A DNA stretch of 64,000 bases from NCBI GenBank assembly GCA_029982615.1, contig JARRBK010000004.1:3822-67821 (forward strand), read 5' to 3'. Below the pieces are notes generated by a model. That model was not told the origin of the DNA and ran no database searches. It was given only the letters and a program-made list of their open reading frames with translations. Positions 28,841 to 38,184 of the stretch are shown here, in pieces. Made by a program: the position numbers and the translations under genes. The stretch is from Tepidanaerobacteraceae bacterium (GTDB lineage Bacteria > Bacillota > Thermosediminibacteria > Thermosediminibacterales > Tepidanaerobacteraceae). Positions within the stretch are counted from its first letter, which is position 1, and every line of letters starts with the position of its first letter.

Positions 28841-29924
28841 TGACAAAATAACCGTTTCCCAGACAGTGGCTCTGCTCATCACCACCATGCTGGCCACCGG
28901 CATACTGGCGCTCCCGCGGCATGTGGCAAACATAGCGGGTTCCGACGGCTGGCTGCTGGTGATCTTCGCAGGGATAACGGCTTTTGCTTCCAGCCTTATA
29001 GTAGGAGCCTTAGTAAAAAGATTTCCCCAGGACACCTTCATTGAATACTCGCAGAAAGTTGTAGGAAAGGCCCCGGGGTTTTTCCTGGGAATAATCCTTA
29101 TACTATACTTCATATTTCTTTCAGCCATGTCGGTCAGGGTGTTTTCCGAAGTCATGAACGCTTTTATGCTCATCAATACGCCCCGGGGCTTCATAATTGG
29201 TACCATGCTCATAACTTCAGCGTACTTAATGCGCCATGGAATAGAACCTATAGCCCGGACGGGAGAAATCCTTCTGCCTGTACTGGTAATTCCCATATTC
29301 GCCATGTACCTCACGGCCTTGCCTCGGGCGGATTTCAGCGAACTTTTGCCGTTTCTTGACACTCCCGCCAAGACCCTTGCCATCGGCACGGTACAGACCG
29401 CATACAATTTTTTAGGGTTTGAAATACTGCTCATGGTAGGTCCTTATATGCGTAGCCCAGAAAGAGTCATGTGGGCACTGTATTTCGCAATGGGTTTCAT
29501 CACACTGATGTATCTGTTTATAGTGGTCATAGTTTTCGCTTCTATTGGAGTGGAAGATACCCGCATATTGATGTGGCCTGCTATGTCCATCATCAGGACC
29601 ATCATGGCTCCTGGCGGAGTATTCGAACGCCTGGATGCGCTTGCTTTAGCTTTGTGGACCATTGCGTCTTTTACCACCATAAACGGCATGTATTACGCAG
29701 GGACCCTGGCGGCAGCCCATCTGACCGGCGCCAGGGAATTCAAATTCCTCGTTACTGTTTTTCTTCCGTGGGTATATCTTATATCCATTATCCCCACAAA
29801 CCCCTTGGATACCATGCGATGGACGCGGCTTTCAGGGATGGCGGGGCTCGTCACAGCGGTGATAATCCCGGCGATTATACTGGCAACAAGCATTGTTACA
29901 AAAAAGGGAGGCAGCACTTCATGA
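28821..29924 (+). CDS. Spore germination receptor subunit B (GerAB, APC-type permease fold)
   Basis: MKMLTNNDKITVSQTVALLITTMLATGILALPR is the typical GerAB N-terminus, followed by about 10 TM segments. The gene overlaps the end of subunit A. Confidence 0.85.
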   Translation: MKMLTNNDKITVSQTVALLITTMLATGILALPRHVANIAGSDGWLLVIFAGITAFASSLIVGALVKRFPQDTFIEYSQKVVGKAPGFFLGIILILYFIFLSAMSVRVFSEVMNAFMLINTPRGFIIGTMLITSAYLMRHGIEPIARTGEILLPVLVIPIFAMYLTALPRADFSELLPFLDTPAKTLAIGTVQTAYNFLGFEILLMVGPYMRSPERVMWALYFAMGFITLMYLFIVVIVFASIGVEDTRILMWPAMSIIRTIMAPGGVFERLDALALALWTIASFTTINGMYYAGTLAAAHLTGAREFKFLVTVFLPWVYLISIIPTNPLDTMRWTRLSGMAGLVTAVIIPAIILATSIVTKKGGSTS

Positions 29925-31084
29925 TTTCATCAAGAAGATTTTTTCAAAGATGTCTGTTGTTTGGCTTGGCAATGCTTGCTTTTTGCATCATTTCAGCATG
30001 CTGGGATTACAGGGATATAGATAGAAGAATATTCGTCGGGGGCGTGGGGGTGGATAAAAGCTTGCAGGGAGGCAGATTAAAAATATCATTCCTTATACCC
30101 ATAGTTAGAGCTATAGCTGGCGGTGAAGGCGGAGGAAGCGGAGGAGGAGGCGGAAGCGGTGGGGAAAAACCTGTGATTGTGGAAGGCACTGTAGCCGACA
30201 CCATTACTGAAGGTGCAAGAAATCTGGCTTTGCGCCTGAACAGGGATCTTTTCTTCGAACATATGAGGATAGTGGTGATTGGAGAAGAAGTCGCCAGGAA
30301 TGGGCTTGAGTCCGTGATAAACCCTTTTATGCGGCAGACCGAGTTCAACCGCCGGAGCCGTATAGCTATTGTGCAAGGCAAGGCTGAAAACATAATGGGA
30401 ATTAAAACCATTATCGAAAAATTGCCATCGTCATATTTGGATTCACTATACGGAAACGCGTCATTTTCAGGAAAATTTGTGGAGGGCGATCTGGGAGATT
30501 TCCTCCACCAGATTCATTCTTTTGGGGGAAATGCCCTGATGAGCAAAATGGTACCAGACACTAATGAAGTGAATATAGGGGGAGGAGCAGTAATAAAGCA
30601 TTATAAACTGGTGGGATGGCTTTCAGAAGAAGAAATCCAGGGGATAAACTTTTTCCTGGGGAAAATCACTGGAGGGAGCATCACCGTGGACGACCCCCGG
30701 GGCAATGGAAAATGCACGTTTGTGATTTTAAACGCCCATCGCAAGCTTCAATTGTCTGCGGAAGAGCCAGTGCCTGAATTTGAATTGAAGGTATTGGCAG
30801 AGGGGAATATATCGGAAGCCACCGAAGGCGTCAGCATAGATATAGAGGATGAGGAAATTATAGAAAGGCGTGTATCCGAAAAAATAAGAAACGAAATATT
30901 GAAGGGAACCACAAGGCTTCAAGATGATTACCGAGTGGATTTGCTCAGACTAGGTGAATTCCTCCATAAATACCATCCGAAGCTATGGAAGATTTATGAA
31001 TCCAGATGGGAAGACTTGTTTCCCGATGTGAAAATTTCGGTGAGCGTAACCGCAGACATAAAAAATATCGGTGTTACAAAATGA
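29921..31084 (+). CDS. Spore germination receptor subunit C lipoprotein (Ger(x)C family)
   Basis: The ATG at 29921 overlaps the gerAB stop (ATGA). The lipobox is LAFCIISAC, followed by WDYRDIDRRIFVGGVGVD, typical of GerAC. The upstream part of the 537-aa ORF-track entry is rejected. Confidence 0.85.
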   Translation: MISSRRFFQRCLLFGLAMLAFCIISACWDYRDIDRRIFVGGVGVDKSLQGGRLKISFLIPIVRAIAGGEGGGSGGGGGSGGEKPVIVEGTVADTITEGARNLALRLNRDLFFEHMRIVVIGEEVARNGLESVINPFMRQTEFNRRSRIAIVQGKAENIMGIKTIIEKLPSSYLDSLYGNASFSGKFVEGDLGDFLHQIHSFGGNALMSKMVPDTNEVNIGGGAVIKHYKLVGWLSEEEIQGINFFLGKITGGSITVDDPRGNGKCTFVILNAHRKLQLSAEEPVPEFELKVLAEGNISEATEGVSIDIEDEEIIERRVSEKIRNEILKGTTRLQDDYRVDLLRLGEFLHKYHPKLWKIYESRWEDLFPDVKISVSVTADIKNIGVTK

Positions 31085-31185
31085 ATTTAAATCATAATCT
31101 AAAATTTTTTCAAATGATTAATTTTGGCTGCTTCCGGGAATAATGGTAACAGGATAGATTAATGAAAATTAGAGGAGAGATCATC

Positions 31186-31908
31186 ATGGGAAGGAAATTA
31201 GCGTTTCTTAAGAAAATAGCGCTGGCCACTGCAGGCATAGCAGCGCTTTCACTTCTAGCGGCAATATTCAGCGGCACAGGGATTGCCGGAGGCCCTGTGG
31301 AAAATTTTGCAGAAAGCGGCAGGGTAACGGCAGATGAAATATCGGGAAAAATCATCCGGCTTCATATCATAGCAAACAGCGATTGCCCGGAAGATCAGGC
31401 TTTAAAGCTCCGGGTGCGAGATGATATAATAAAAGCATTTGATAATAAAATAGAAGGAATAGACGATATCGATGCCTCCAGGGAATATATAAAGACACAC
31501 CTAAAAGACATCGAACAAATAGCCCTTCAGGAAATAAAGAAAAGCGGCAAAGATTATAGTGTAAAAGTTGTTTTCGGCAAATTCATGTTTCCGGTAAAGA
31601 CCTATGGATATATTACCCTTCCTGCGGGGGAATACGAAGCCCTGCGGGTAATCATTGGAAAAGGAGAGGGAGCCAATTGGTGGTGCGTGCTTTTCCCCCC
31701 GTTGTGTTTTGTGGATATAACCCATGGCCTCACCTCAGAGGAAGCAAAAACCCGCCTGCACACCGTCCTCTCCGAGCGTGAACTGGCTGCTGTAGAAACC
31801 GCTTCGTCGCCAGAGGAAATACCGATTCAGGTACGCTTTAAAATAGTGGAATGGTGGAATATAGCGAAAAGCAGGATAAATAAGAGTTTCAGGCTGGCAT
31901 TCAAATAA
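31186..31908 (+). CDS. spoIIR: Stage II sporulation protein R
   Basis: IRLHIIANSDCPEDQALKLRVRDDI and GEGANWWCVLFPPLCF are SpoIIR signatures. The ATG follows GAGGAGAG. Confidence 0.9.
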   Translation: MGRKLAFLKKIALATAGIAALSLLAAIFSGTGIAGGPVENFAESGRVTADEISGKIIRLHIIANSDCPEDQALKLRVRDDIIKAFDNKIEGIDDIDASREYIKTHLKDIEQIALQEIKKSGKDYSVKVVFGKFMFPVKTYGYITLPAGEYEALRVIIGKGEGANWWCVLFPPLCFVDITHGLTSEEAKTRLHTVLSERELAAVETASSPEEIPIQVRFKIVEWWNIAKSRINKSFRLAFK

Positions 31909-32188
31909 CAAACAAAATTGTGAGGCAGGGGGCGGTTACACTTAATTCAATCCCCTGACCTTACATACAGTCCTGAGGCGAGCTATTCCACGCTATTTGT
32001 AATTTATACGTCCTATCAGCATATATTCGCAATAATCCCCGCCGTTTAAATATGTTCTCAGCTTTTTCTCTTTTTTTCTATATATCTTCACAAAAAATTA
32101 ACAAAAATCGGCCATGTGTATTATTGAATTTTCATGTCAATTGTGCTTTAATTTATTTGTTTAAAAAGAAGGGAGTGTGACGATCAAG

Positions 32189-33697
32189 ATGAAAATTGAA
32201 GAGCAGCAGGAAACGCCTCTTTTTGCCGCCTTGAAGAAGTACGTGGACGATAAAACCATATCTTTCCATGTACCCGGACACAAAGGCGGCAGAGGAATAC
32301 CAGAGTTTTGCGATTTTGTTGGGAAAAACATCCTGGCCATTGATGTCACCGCGGGGATTCTGGACCTGGATACCATATGCAATCCGCTAGGAGTTATACG
32401 TAAAGCGGAAGAGCTGGCAGCCTGGGCCTTTGGTGCGGATCATGCCCATTTTCTGGTAAACGGTACCACTTCGGGCATCCAGGCCATGATTTTGGCTGTG
32501 GCAGGTCCCGGTGATGAGATCATCCTTCCTAGAAATGCCCACCGTTCGGCTGTAGGCGGGCTAATTTTGAGCGGTGTGAGGCCGGTTTATATAAAGCCCG
32601 TGATTGACGATTTTATGGGAATAGCCATGGGCATAACTCCCGAAAGTGTCAGAAAAGCTCTTGTGGAGCATCCCAACGCCAAGGCAGTGTTTGTCATAAA
32701 TCCCACTTATTATGGCGTTGCATCAGACCTTCGAGAGATTGTGGAAATTGCGCACTCCTTTGGAAAACCGGTGATAGTGGATGAAGCCCATGGTGCCCAC
32801 TTCGGGTTTCACCCTGATTTGCCTCTTTCGGCCATGGAAGCAGGGGCGGATATGAGTGCTGCCAGCGTTCATAAGCTCATCGGTTCCATGACACAGAGCT
32901 CCATATTGCTGGTGAAAAGCCAGCTGGTGGACGACAGAAAGGTCAAAGCTGCCATGAACCTGACCCAAACCACCAGCCCTTCCTACCCGCTGATGGCTTC
33001 GCTGGATGTGGCCCGCAAGCAAATGGCTCTGCACGGCAGGGAGATGTTGGACAGGACGATGGCGCTGTGCGAAAGGGCCCGAAGAGAGATGAACACCGTA
33101 AGCGGCGTGTATGTAATGGGACAAGAAGTGGAAGGCAGCGAAGGGTGCTTCCGGTACGATCCTACCAAACTTGCCATAAACGTCAGGGAATTAGGGCTTT
33201 CCGGATTTGAAGTGGAGAAAATTTTAAAGTACAAATATCACATCCAGGTGGAGCTTTCGGATCTTTACAACGTGCTGGCTGTAGGAGCTATAGGTGATAA
33301 TGAAGACAGCATTAATGCTCTTGTGACGGCAGTAAAAGATATTGCAGCCCGTTACAACCGCAAAAATGTAATCAAGATAACCACTGATTTGCCAGAAAAC
33401 CAGCAGCTGGTTGTTTCACCCCGCTTTGCCTTTTACAGCGAGAAGCGGGATGTGAGGCTGGAGGATGCAGAGGGGGAAATCAGCGCCGAAATGCTTATGG
33501 CGTATCCACCGGGAATTCCCATAATCTGTCCGGGAGAACGTATCACAAGAGAAGTGATAGAATACGCCCGGGCATTGAAGTCGGAAGGGTGCCATCTTCA
33601 GGGCACCGAGGATCCGGAAGCAGAAATAATAAAAGTGCTGGCGGAAAAAGATGTGGAAGAATATTACAGGAAAGTTTCAGGCATGATGGCCTGGTAG
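32189..33697 (+). CDS. Orn/Lys/Arg decarboxylase family PLP enzyme (SpeA/YaaO-like)
   Basis: FHVPGHKGG and the PLP-lysine motif SVHKLIGSMTQSS are present. Length is about 500 aa. The substrate cannot be assigned from sequence alone. Confidence 0.85.
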   Translation: MKIEEQQETPLFAALKKYVDDKTISFHVPGHKGGRGIPEFCDFVGKNILAIDVTAGILDLDTICNPLGVIRKAEELAAWAFGADHAHFLVNGTTSGIQAMILAVAGPGDEIILPRNAHRSAVGGLILSGVRPVYIKPVIDDFMGIAMGITPESVRKALVEHPNAKAVFVINPTYYGVASDLREIVEIAHSFGKPVIVDEAHGAHFGFHPDLPLSAMEAGADMSAASVHKLIGSMTQSSILLVKSQLVDDRKVKAAMNLTQTTSPSYPLMASLDVARKQMALHGREMLDRTMALCERARREMNTVSGVYVMGQEVEGSEGCFRYDPTKLAINVRELGLSGFEVEKILKYKYHIQVELSDLYNVLAVGAIGDNEDSINALVTAVKDIAARYNRKNVIKITTDLPENQQLVVSPRFAFYSEKRDVRLEDAEGEISAEMLMAYPPGIPIICPGERITREVIEYARALKSEGCHLQGTEDPEAEIIKVLAEKDVEEYYRKVSGMMAW

Positions 33698-33725
33698 GCG
33701 CCCGTTTACCGTATGAGGATTGTAA

Positions 33726-33750
33726 AATCCGGTTTAATCCGGATTTTTTT
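33726..33750. terminator. Bidirectional terminator
   Basis: Stem AATCCGG-TTTAAT-CCGGATT is followed by TTTTT. It lies between convergent genes. Confidence 0.6.
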
Positions 33751-33961
33751 ATGCTTTGTCGACTGTGGGAAGTTCCAGTTGCTTCAGTTCTTTCATGAGC
33801 TCGTCAACATTCAATTTGTGGAATGCGGCGCATTCTTCCAGAGTATTATTGAGCATTCCGTTGCAGGCCAAGCATTTTACCCCGAATCTTGCCAATATTT
33901 CATAGGCTTCTGGATAAAACTCCACGATGTCTTTTATCATTGTATTTTTTGAAATGATCAT
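33749..33961 (-). CDS. DUF1858-type small redox/disulfide domain protein
   Basis: MIKDIVEFYPEAYEILARFGVKCLACNGMLNNTLEECAAFHKLNVDELMKEL matches the ScdA N-terminal/DUF1858 pattern. Confidence 0.65.
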   Translation of the reverse strand: MIISKNTMIKDIVEFYPEAYEILARFGVKCLACNGMLNNTLEECAAFHKLNVDELMKELKQLELPTVDKA

Positions 33962-34079
33962 CCGCTGATGCTCCCTTCGCAGACATTGGTGTATCCCTTA
34001 AATTGAAGATATTTACATCATAAAAAAGTTATTGATTGGTACAATAATATTGTGCGTAAAAAATAAAGGAGGTATGCAT

Positions 34080-34286
34080 ATGGCCCGTCGCAACCGAGGA
34101 GTCATGTCCGAGAACCTCAAGTATGAACTTGCAAGGGAATTGGGAGTGGCAGACACGGTGGCGAGAGAGGGTTGGGGCAGTGTCTCTTCCAGAAACTGCG
34201 GCAATCTGGTAAGACTTGCCATTGAAAAGGCTGAAAAAGCTATGGCGGAGGATTACGCCCGAACCAGGGGAGAACCCCTCAAATAG
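34080..34286 (+). CDS. Small acid-soluble spore protein, alpha/beta type
   Basis: MSENLKYELARELGV...EGWGSVSSRNCGNLVRLAIEKAEK is the alpha/beta SASP signature. The ATG follows AAGGAGG. Confidence 0.9.
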   Translation: MARRNRGVMSENLKYELARELGVADTVAREGWGSVSSRNCGNLVRLAIEKAEKAMAEDYARTRGEPLK

Positions 34287-34421
34287 CATCTCCTTAAAAA
34301 CGCACAAAACCAGGGTGAAAGTCTGGCCCTGGTTTTAATTTGCCCTAATTCCGCACCAGTTTTTATATAGGAGAATAATATATATATATCCGTATTTTCG
34401 GAGGTTGGGGATGATGGTTTA

Positions 34422-35660
34422 ATGAAACTTCCGGCTATCACATTGGGCGCACGCGAATTGAAGAGGCAAAAGCCTCTCATGACAGGCACAGATATCAGAA
34501 GACTTCAACAGATGCTAAAATGGCTGGGATTTTTCAATTCCAGGATTGACGGGGTTTTTGGATACGAAACCGAACTTGCCGTAATGAAATTCCAAAAAGC
34601 TTTTAACATAAAACCCAGCGGAATTGTGGAGAAAAAGCTGCTTGATGTGCTGTGCGAAATGGAAAAAGGTGAAGCCTGGCGCTGGCGCACAATTCAAAAG
34701 GATTATAGCCACACAGCTTTTTCTCCGATGCCGGTGCCTTGGGACTTGAAAATTGTCGGGAAAAAAAGAATGCCGGGCATAATAATAGGGCTTTGCAGAT
34801 ATGGCGGCATCCTCGTAGCCGTGACCCGGAGCGGAGTGTGCGCCATGGATATTAAGACGTTGAAAACCCGATGGAACAACCGCAGTTTTATTCCAGCATC
34901 TTGGGCTTCAGTGTCGGCTGGCGTTGTTGCAGTGCCCGCGGAGAACCTCATGATTTTGGATGTTTTTTCCGGGAAGCTCCTGGCAAATATAAATTTTGAT
35001 ACGTTTTTGAGCCCTCCGGCAATCGCAGGCGGCATTATAATCGCTCAGGCGGGTGGTTCCACATACGCTTTTGATGAAAGAGGAAGCTTGCTGTGGCGCT
35101 ATAAAACGGAGGGAGCGCTCTGCTCCCCGCCCGCTGTGGCTTACGACTTAATATATTTTGCGTCATCGGACGGGAATATTTACTGCCTGGATAAAGAAGG
35201 TGCCCAGTATTGGAAGGTCAGAGTAAACGATATCATATCAGAACCTTTATCGATATGGGACGGCCGGGTGCTTGCCGTATCCCGCAGCGCCTGCTTTTAT
35301 GCTATAAATCCGCTCACAGGGGAACTGATGTGGAAAAAGGAATTCGCAGATGGCCAATTCCTGGCTCCAGCCTTCCAACGAGATTTTATGCTAACTGTAG
35401 ATATAAAAGGCTGCATTTTTGCTATGAGCCCCAGGAAGGCGGAGATAATATGGACGAAAGAATTAAAGGCCCAACCGTCGTCATTGCCGATTATTTGTTG
35501 CGACACAGTTTTTTTGGGGACGGAAAGCGGTATTGCAGCAGTAAGGATAAAAAGTGGAGAAACCAGGGTATTTTTAGAAGGCAAAAAGATAACAGCACTC
35601 ATACAGGCTCGATTTGGCATAATTGCGGCTGCAGGAGAAGAGATGGTGGTGCTCTCATAA
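34422..35660 (+). CDS. Peptidoglycan-binding (PG_binding_1) domain protein fused to a PQQ/BamB-like beta-propeller
   Basis: The N-terminal GTDIRRLQQMLKWLGFFNSRIDGVFGYETELAVMKFQ is PG_binding_1. Repeats of the form G.L.W.....G follow (LLWRYKTEG, GELMWKKEF, AEIIWTKEL). The start is uncertain (34422 or 34479). Confidence 0.7.
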   Translation: MKLPAITLGARELKRQKPLMTGTDIRRLQQMLKWLGFFNSRIDGVFGYETELAVMKFQKAFNIKPSGIVEKKLLDVLCEMEKGEAWRWRTIQKDYSHTAFSPMPVPWDLKIVGKKRMPGIIIGLCRYGGILVAVTRSGVCAMDIKTLKTRWNNRSFIPASWASVSAGVVAVPAENLMILDVFSGKLLANINFDTFLSPPAIAGGIIIAQAGGSTYAFDERGSLLWRYKTEGALCSPPAVAYDLIYFASSDGNIYCLDKEGAQYWKVRVNDIISEPLSIWDGRVLAVSRSACFYAINPLTGELMWKKEFADGQFLAPAFQRDFMLTVDIKGCIFAMSPRKAEIIWTKELKAQPSSLPIICCDTVFLGTESGIAAVRIKSGETRVFLEGKKITALIQARFGIIAAAGEEMVVLS

Positions 35661-35810
35661 GCTTTAAACTTCGAGGCTGCCAATGAAAAAATACAATATT
35701 TGCATCTGTCATTTTCTTCTCCTCAGTGTTATAATCAATTAAGCGTAGCATAGATTCGAAGCAGCGACAGCTTTTTAAAAAACATAGCAATTTCATCAGA
35801 GGTGAAATGC

Positions 35811-36638
35811 ATGGAACAGAATCAAAAACCCATCGGAATATTTGATTCCGGTGTTGGCGGCCTTACTGTAGCCAGCGAAATCATGCGGCAGCTACCTTGC
35901 GAAAGCATCGTATATTTCGGGGATACCGCCAGAGTCCCATACGGTTCTAAGTCCCGGGAAACCGTTACGCGCTTTGCTTTTGAAGGATTGAACTTCCTGC
36001 TGGCTCATGATGTAAAAATGGTGGTAGTGGCGTGCAATACAGTGAGCGCTACCTGCCTCGGACAGTTGCAGCAATCCTCCCCTGTGCCTGTTATAGGTGT
36101 CATTGAACCTGGTGCAAAGGCTGCAGTCGGGGTTACTCAAAATAAAATTGTGGGAGTAATCGGCACCGAACGCACCGTTAAAAGCGGAGCTTATGTAAAG
36201 GCAATAAAAAAAATCAATCCAGAAATTAAGATTTTATCAAAAGCCTGTCCGCTTTTTGTGCCGCTGGTGGAAGAAGGGTGGCTCGACAATGAGGCTGCTT
36301 TTTATACGGCCCAAACGTATCTTCTGCCCTTAAAAAACGAGGGAATTGATACTCTTGTGTTGGCGTGCACTCATTATCCGCTGCTTGCGGCGACGCTGCA
36401 GGCGGTCATGGGCGAAAAAGTGCGGCTGGTGGATTCGGCTTTCGAAACGGCCGTAGAAGTGGGCAGGATTCTGGAACGCATCGGCCTGAAGCGCTCTGTG
36501 GAAAACCGCCCCGTGTACCGGTATTTTGTCAGCGATAATCCAGCCAAGTTTATCGAGGTGGGGGAAAGATTCCTCCAGCGCCCCATAGACCCTATAGACG
36601 TGATTGATCCAGAAGTGCCGTATAAGTTTAAAATATAA
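35811..36638 (+). CDS. murI: Glutamate racemase
   Basis: Motifs IGIFDSGVGGLTV, VVACNTVSA and VLACTHYPLL are present. The ATG follows GAGGTGA. Confidence 0.95.
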   Translation: MEQNQKPIGIFDSGVGGLTVASEIMRQLPCESIVYFGDTARVPYGSKSRETVTRFAFEGLNFLLAHDVKMVVVACNTVSATCLGQLQQSSPVPVIGVIEPGAKAAVGVTQNKIVGVIGTERTVKSGAYVKAIKKINPEIKILSKACPLFVPLVEEGWLDNEAAFYTAQTYLLPLKNEGIDTLVLACTHYPLLAATLQAVMGEKVRLVDSAFETAVEVGRILERIGLKRSVENRPVYRYFVSDNPAKFIEVGERFLQRPIDPIDVIDPEVPYKFKI

Positions 36639-36724
36639 AAATAGAATTATGATGCGGTTTATGATAGAATTATCGGGGAGGTGAAGATTCGATACTATCT
36701 AAAAAAAGTATTGAACCGTATTTA

Positions 36725-37774
36725 ATGAAAAAGAAAATTGCGTTTTTGGCCACGGGCGGCACCATAGCTTCGGTGCGCGGCCCCAAGGGGATGCGCCCTG
36801 CCTTAACCGAAAGGGAAATTATGCGCATGATGCCGGAACTTTCAAACGTAGCTCACATACAGGGAAAACTTGTCATGAATATAGACAGCTCCAACATGCA
36901 GCCCGAAGACTGGAAGATTATTGCTGCAGAGACTACCGAAGCCCTGAGAACTTGTGACGGTGCTGTCATTTCCCACGGCACCGATACTCTGGCATACACT
37001 TCGTCGGCTCTTACATACATGCTCGTGGACCTTGAAAAACCCGTAGCAGTAACCGGAGCTCAAAAGCCCCTGGGAGAAGAAAAAAGCGATGCTGCGAAAA
37101 ACCTTGCGGACAGCTTCAAAGTGGCGGCATCGGGAGTGCCGGGAGTATTTGTGGTATTCAATGGTGACATAATTATTGGCGACCGAGCCTCCAAGATGAA
37201 GGCTGCAAGTTTTGACGCCTTTTCCAGCGTAAATGAGCCTCCAGTTGGGAAAATCACCCAGGAAGGCATACAATGGAATGATGCTGTAATGTGGCAGGAA
37301 AGGGCCAGGATAAAAAAGATTTGGGCAAGGTTAAAAAGCCGGCGGGAGAATGAACCAGGAGGAAATTGCTCTGGCTCGGACATTGATATAAAATTTCAGT
37401 TCTCAAGAGGTTTGAAAAAGGCCGAGGAGCAACTTTATGACGATCTGGACCCGAGGGTACTGTTGATTAAACTGTACCCGGGGATCGAGCCTGAAATACT
37501 TCTTTTGGCAAAAGAAAAAGGTTATCATTCTGTGCTCATAGAAAGCTTCGGTGCGGGAGGAGTGCCGTTTCGAGAGCCCCGCAACCTGATTCCTGCTATA
37601 CGGGAGTTGGTGTCTTCCGGCATCACCGTCGCAGTCACTACGCAGGTACCGTTCGAAGGTGTGGACCTTTCTGTGTACGAAACGGGTGTGAAAGTGTTGG
37701 AGGCAGGTGCCGTTCCTATGGGCAATGCCACCAGTGAAGCTGCCCTTGTAAGGCTCATGATGAAACTGATTTAA
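36725..37774 (+). CDS. ansA: L-asparaginase, type I family
   Basis: Motifs FLATGGTIAS, HGTDTLAYT and GAGGVP are present. The gene carries an internal insertion of about 45 aa. Confidence 0.85.
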   Translation: MKKKIAFLATGGTIASVRGPKGMRPALTEREIMRMMPELSNVAHIQGKLVMNIDSSNMQPEDWKIIAAETTEALRTCDGAVISHGTDTLAYTSSALTYMLVDLEKPVAVTGAQKPLGEEKSDAAKNLADSFKVAASGVPGVFVVFNGDIIIGDRASKMKAASFDAFSSVNEPPVGKITQEGIQWNDAVMWQERARIKKIWARLKSRRENEPGGNCSGSDIDIKFQFSRGLKKAEEQLYDDLDPRVLLIKLYPGIEPEILLLAKEKGYHSVLIESFGAGGVPFREPRNLIPAIRELVSSGITVAVTTQVPFEGVDLSVYETGVKVLEAGAVPMGNATSEAALVRLMMKLI

Positions 37775-37835
37775 TATGGCAATATATCACGGGCCATAAA
37801 TTGTTGCCGCCCCTCAACACCTGCAAAAAAATAAA

Positions 37836-37864
37836 TTGACAATAGCGTAATCACATGATATACT
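37836..37864 (+). promoter_or_regulatory. Strong sigma-A promoter of the pyr operon
   Basis: TTGACA (37836-41), a 17-nt spacer, then TGaTATACT (extended -10; hexamer at 37859-64). Confidence 0.6.
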
Positions 37865-37892
37865 TAAAACAATGAAAAACCGAATATGCGAC

Positions 37893-38001
37893 ACCTTTAA
37901 ACTGGTCCCGCGAGGCCGGTAAGGGAAGCCAGCAGTCAACTTTGGGCACGCAATGATTATGAGACCGCACGCCTTTCTCTGCCTCGGAGAAAGGCGTTTT
38001 T
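37893..38001 (+). promoter_or_regulatory. PyrR-type transcription attenuator 1 (binding loop plus terminator)
   Basis: CCUUUAAACUGGUCCCGCGAGGCCGGUAAGGG resembles the PyrR binding loop consensus (UUUAA..GUCCAGAGAGGCU..AAGG). Terminator ACGCCUUUCUC-UGCCUCG-GAGAAAGGCGUUUUU lies at 37969-38001. Confidence 0.7.
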
Positions 38002-38010
38002 GATGCGATT

Positions 38011-38119
38011 AATTCAGAGTGGCTGCTGAATTAAAAATATAAAACCTCCAATATTTTCTGCAAAAAGAAGATAAATGCCCATGCAACATATCCCTGCCGC
38101 CTCGACGGCAGGTTTTTTT
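38011..38119 (+). promoter_or_regulatory. Second attenuator: PyrR-loop-like hairpin plus terminator directly before pyrB
   Basis: Hairpin AAUUCAGAGUGGCUGCUGAAUU (38011-38032) contains CAGAG.GGCU. Terminator CCUGCCG-CCUCGA-CGGCAGGUUUUUUU lies at 38093-38119. Confidence 0.5.
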
Positions 38120-38184
38120 AAACTTTGGGATACAGAGGTTGTCCACTGAATTTCGGCATAAGAAAGAATGTGAGGAGGCATATT

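Noticed and set aside
27409-29434. 234-aa and 283-aa ORFs antisense to the gerA-type operon
   Set aside because: They are shadow ORFs opposite clear GerAA/GerAB coding frames, with low-complexity S/T/P/A-rich translations.
29471-29920. N-terminal 150 aa of the 537-aa ORF-track entry (29471-31084)
   Set aside because: This part overlaps gerAB in another frame and translates to His/Arg-rich nonsense. The ATG at 29921 gives a canonical lipoprotein signal and overlaps the gerAB stop (ATGA), so the real GerC gene starts there.
33962-34079. Attempt to identify a sigma-G-type forespore promoter upstream of the SASP gene
   Set aside because: Candidate -35/-10 pairs (GTATC ... CATCATA) have a 20-nt spacer instead of 17-18. 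I could not support a call by eye.
34411-34424. Three-codon mini-ORF ATG ATG GTT TAA overlapping the start (TAATG) of the PG-binding/PQQ gene, 6 nt after GGAGGTTGGGG
   Set aside because: It could be translational coupling that compensates for the distant SD. It could equally be coincidence, or the true start may be the downstream ATG at 34479. There is too little evidence to report it as a regulatory feature.
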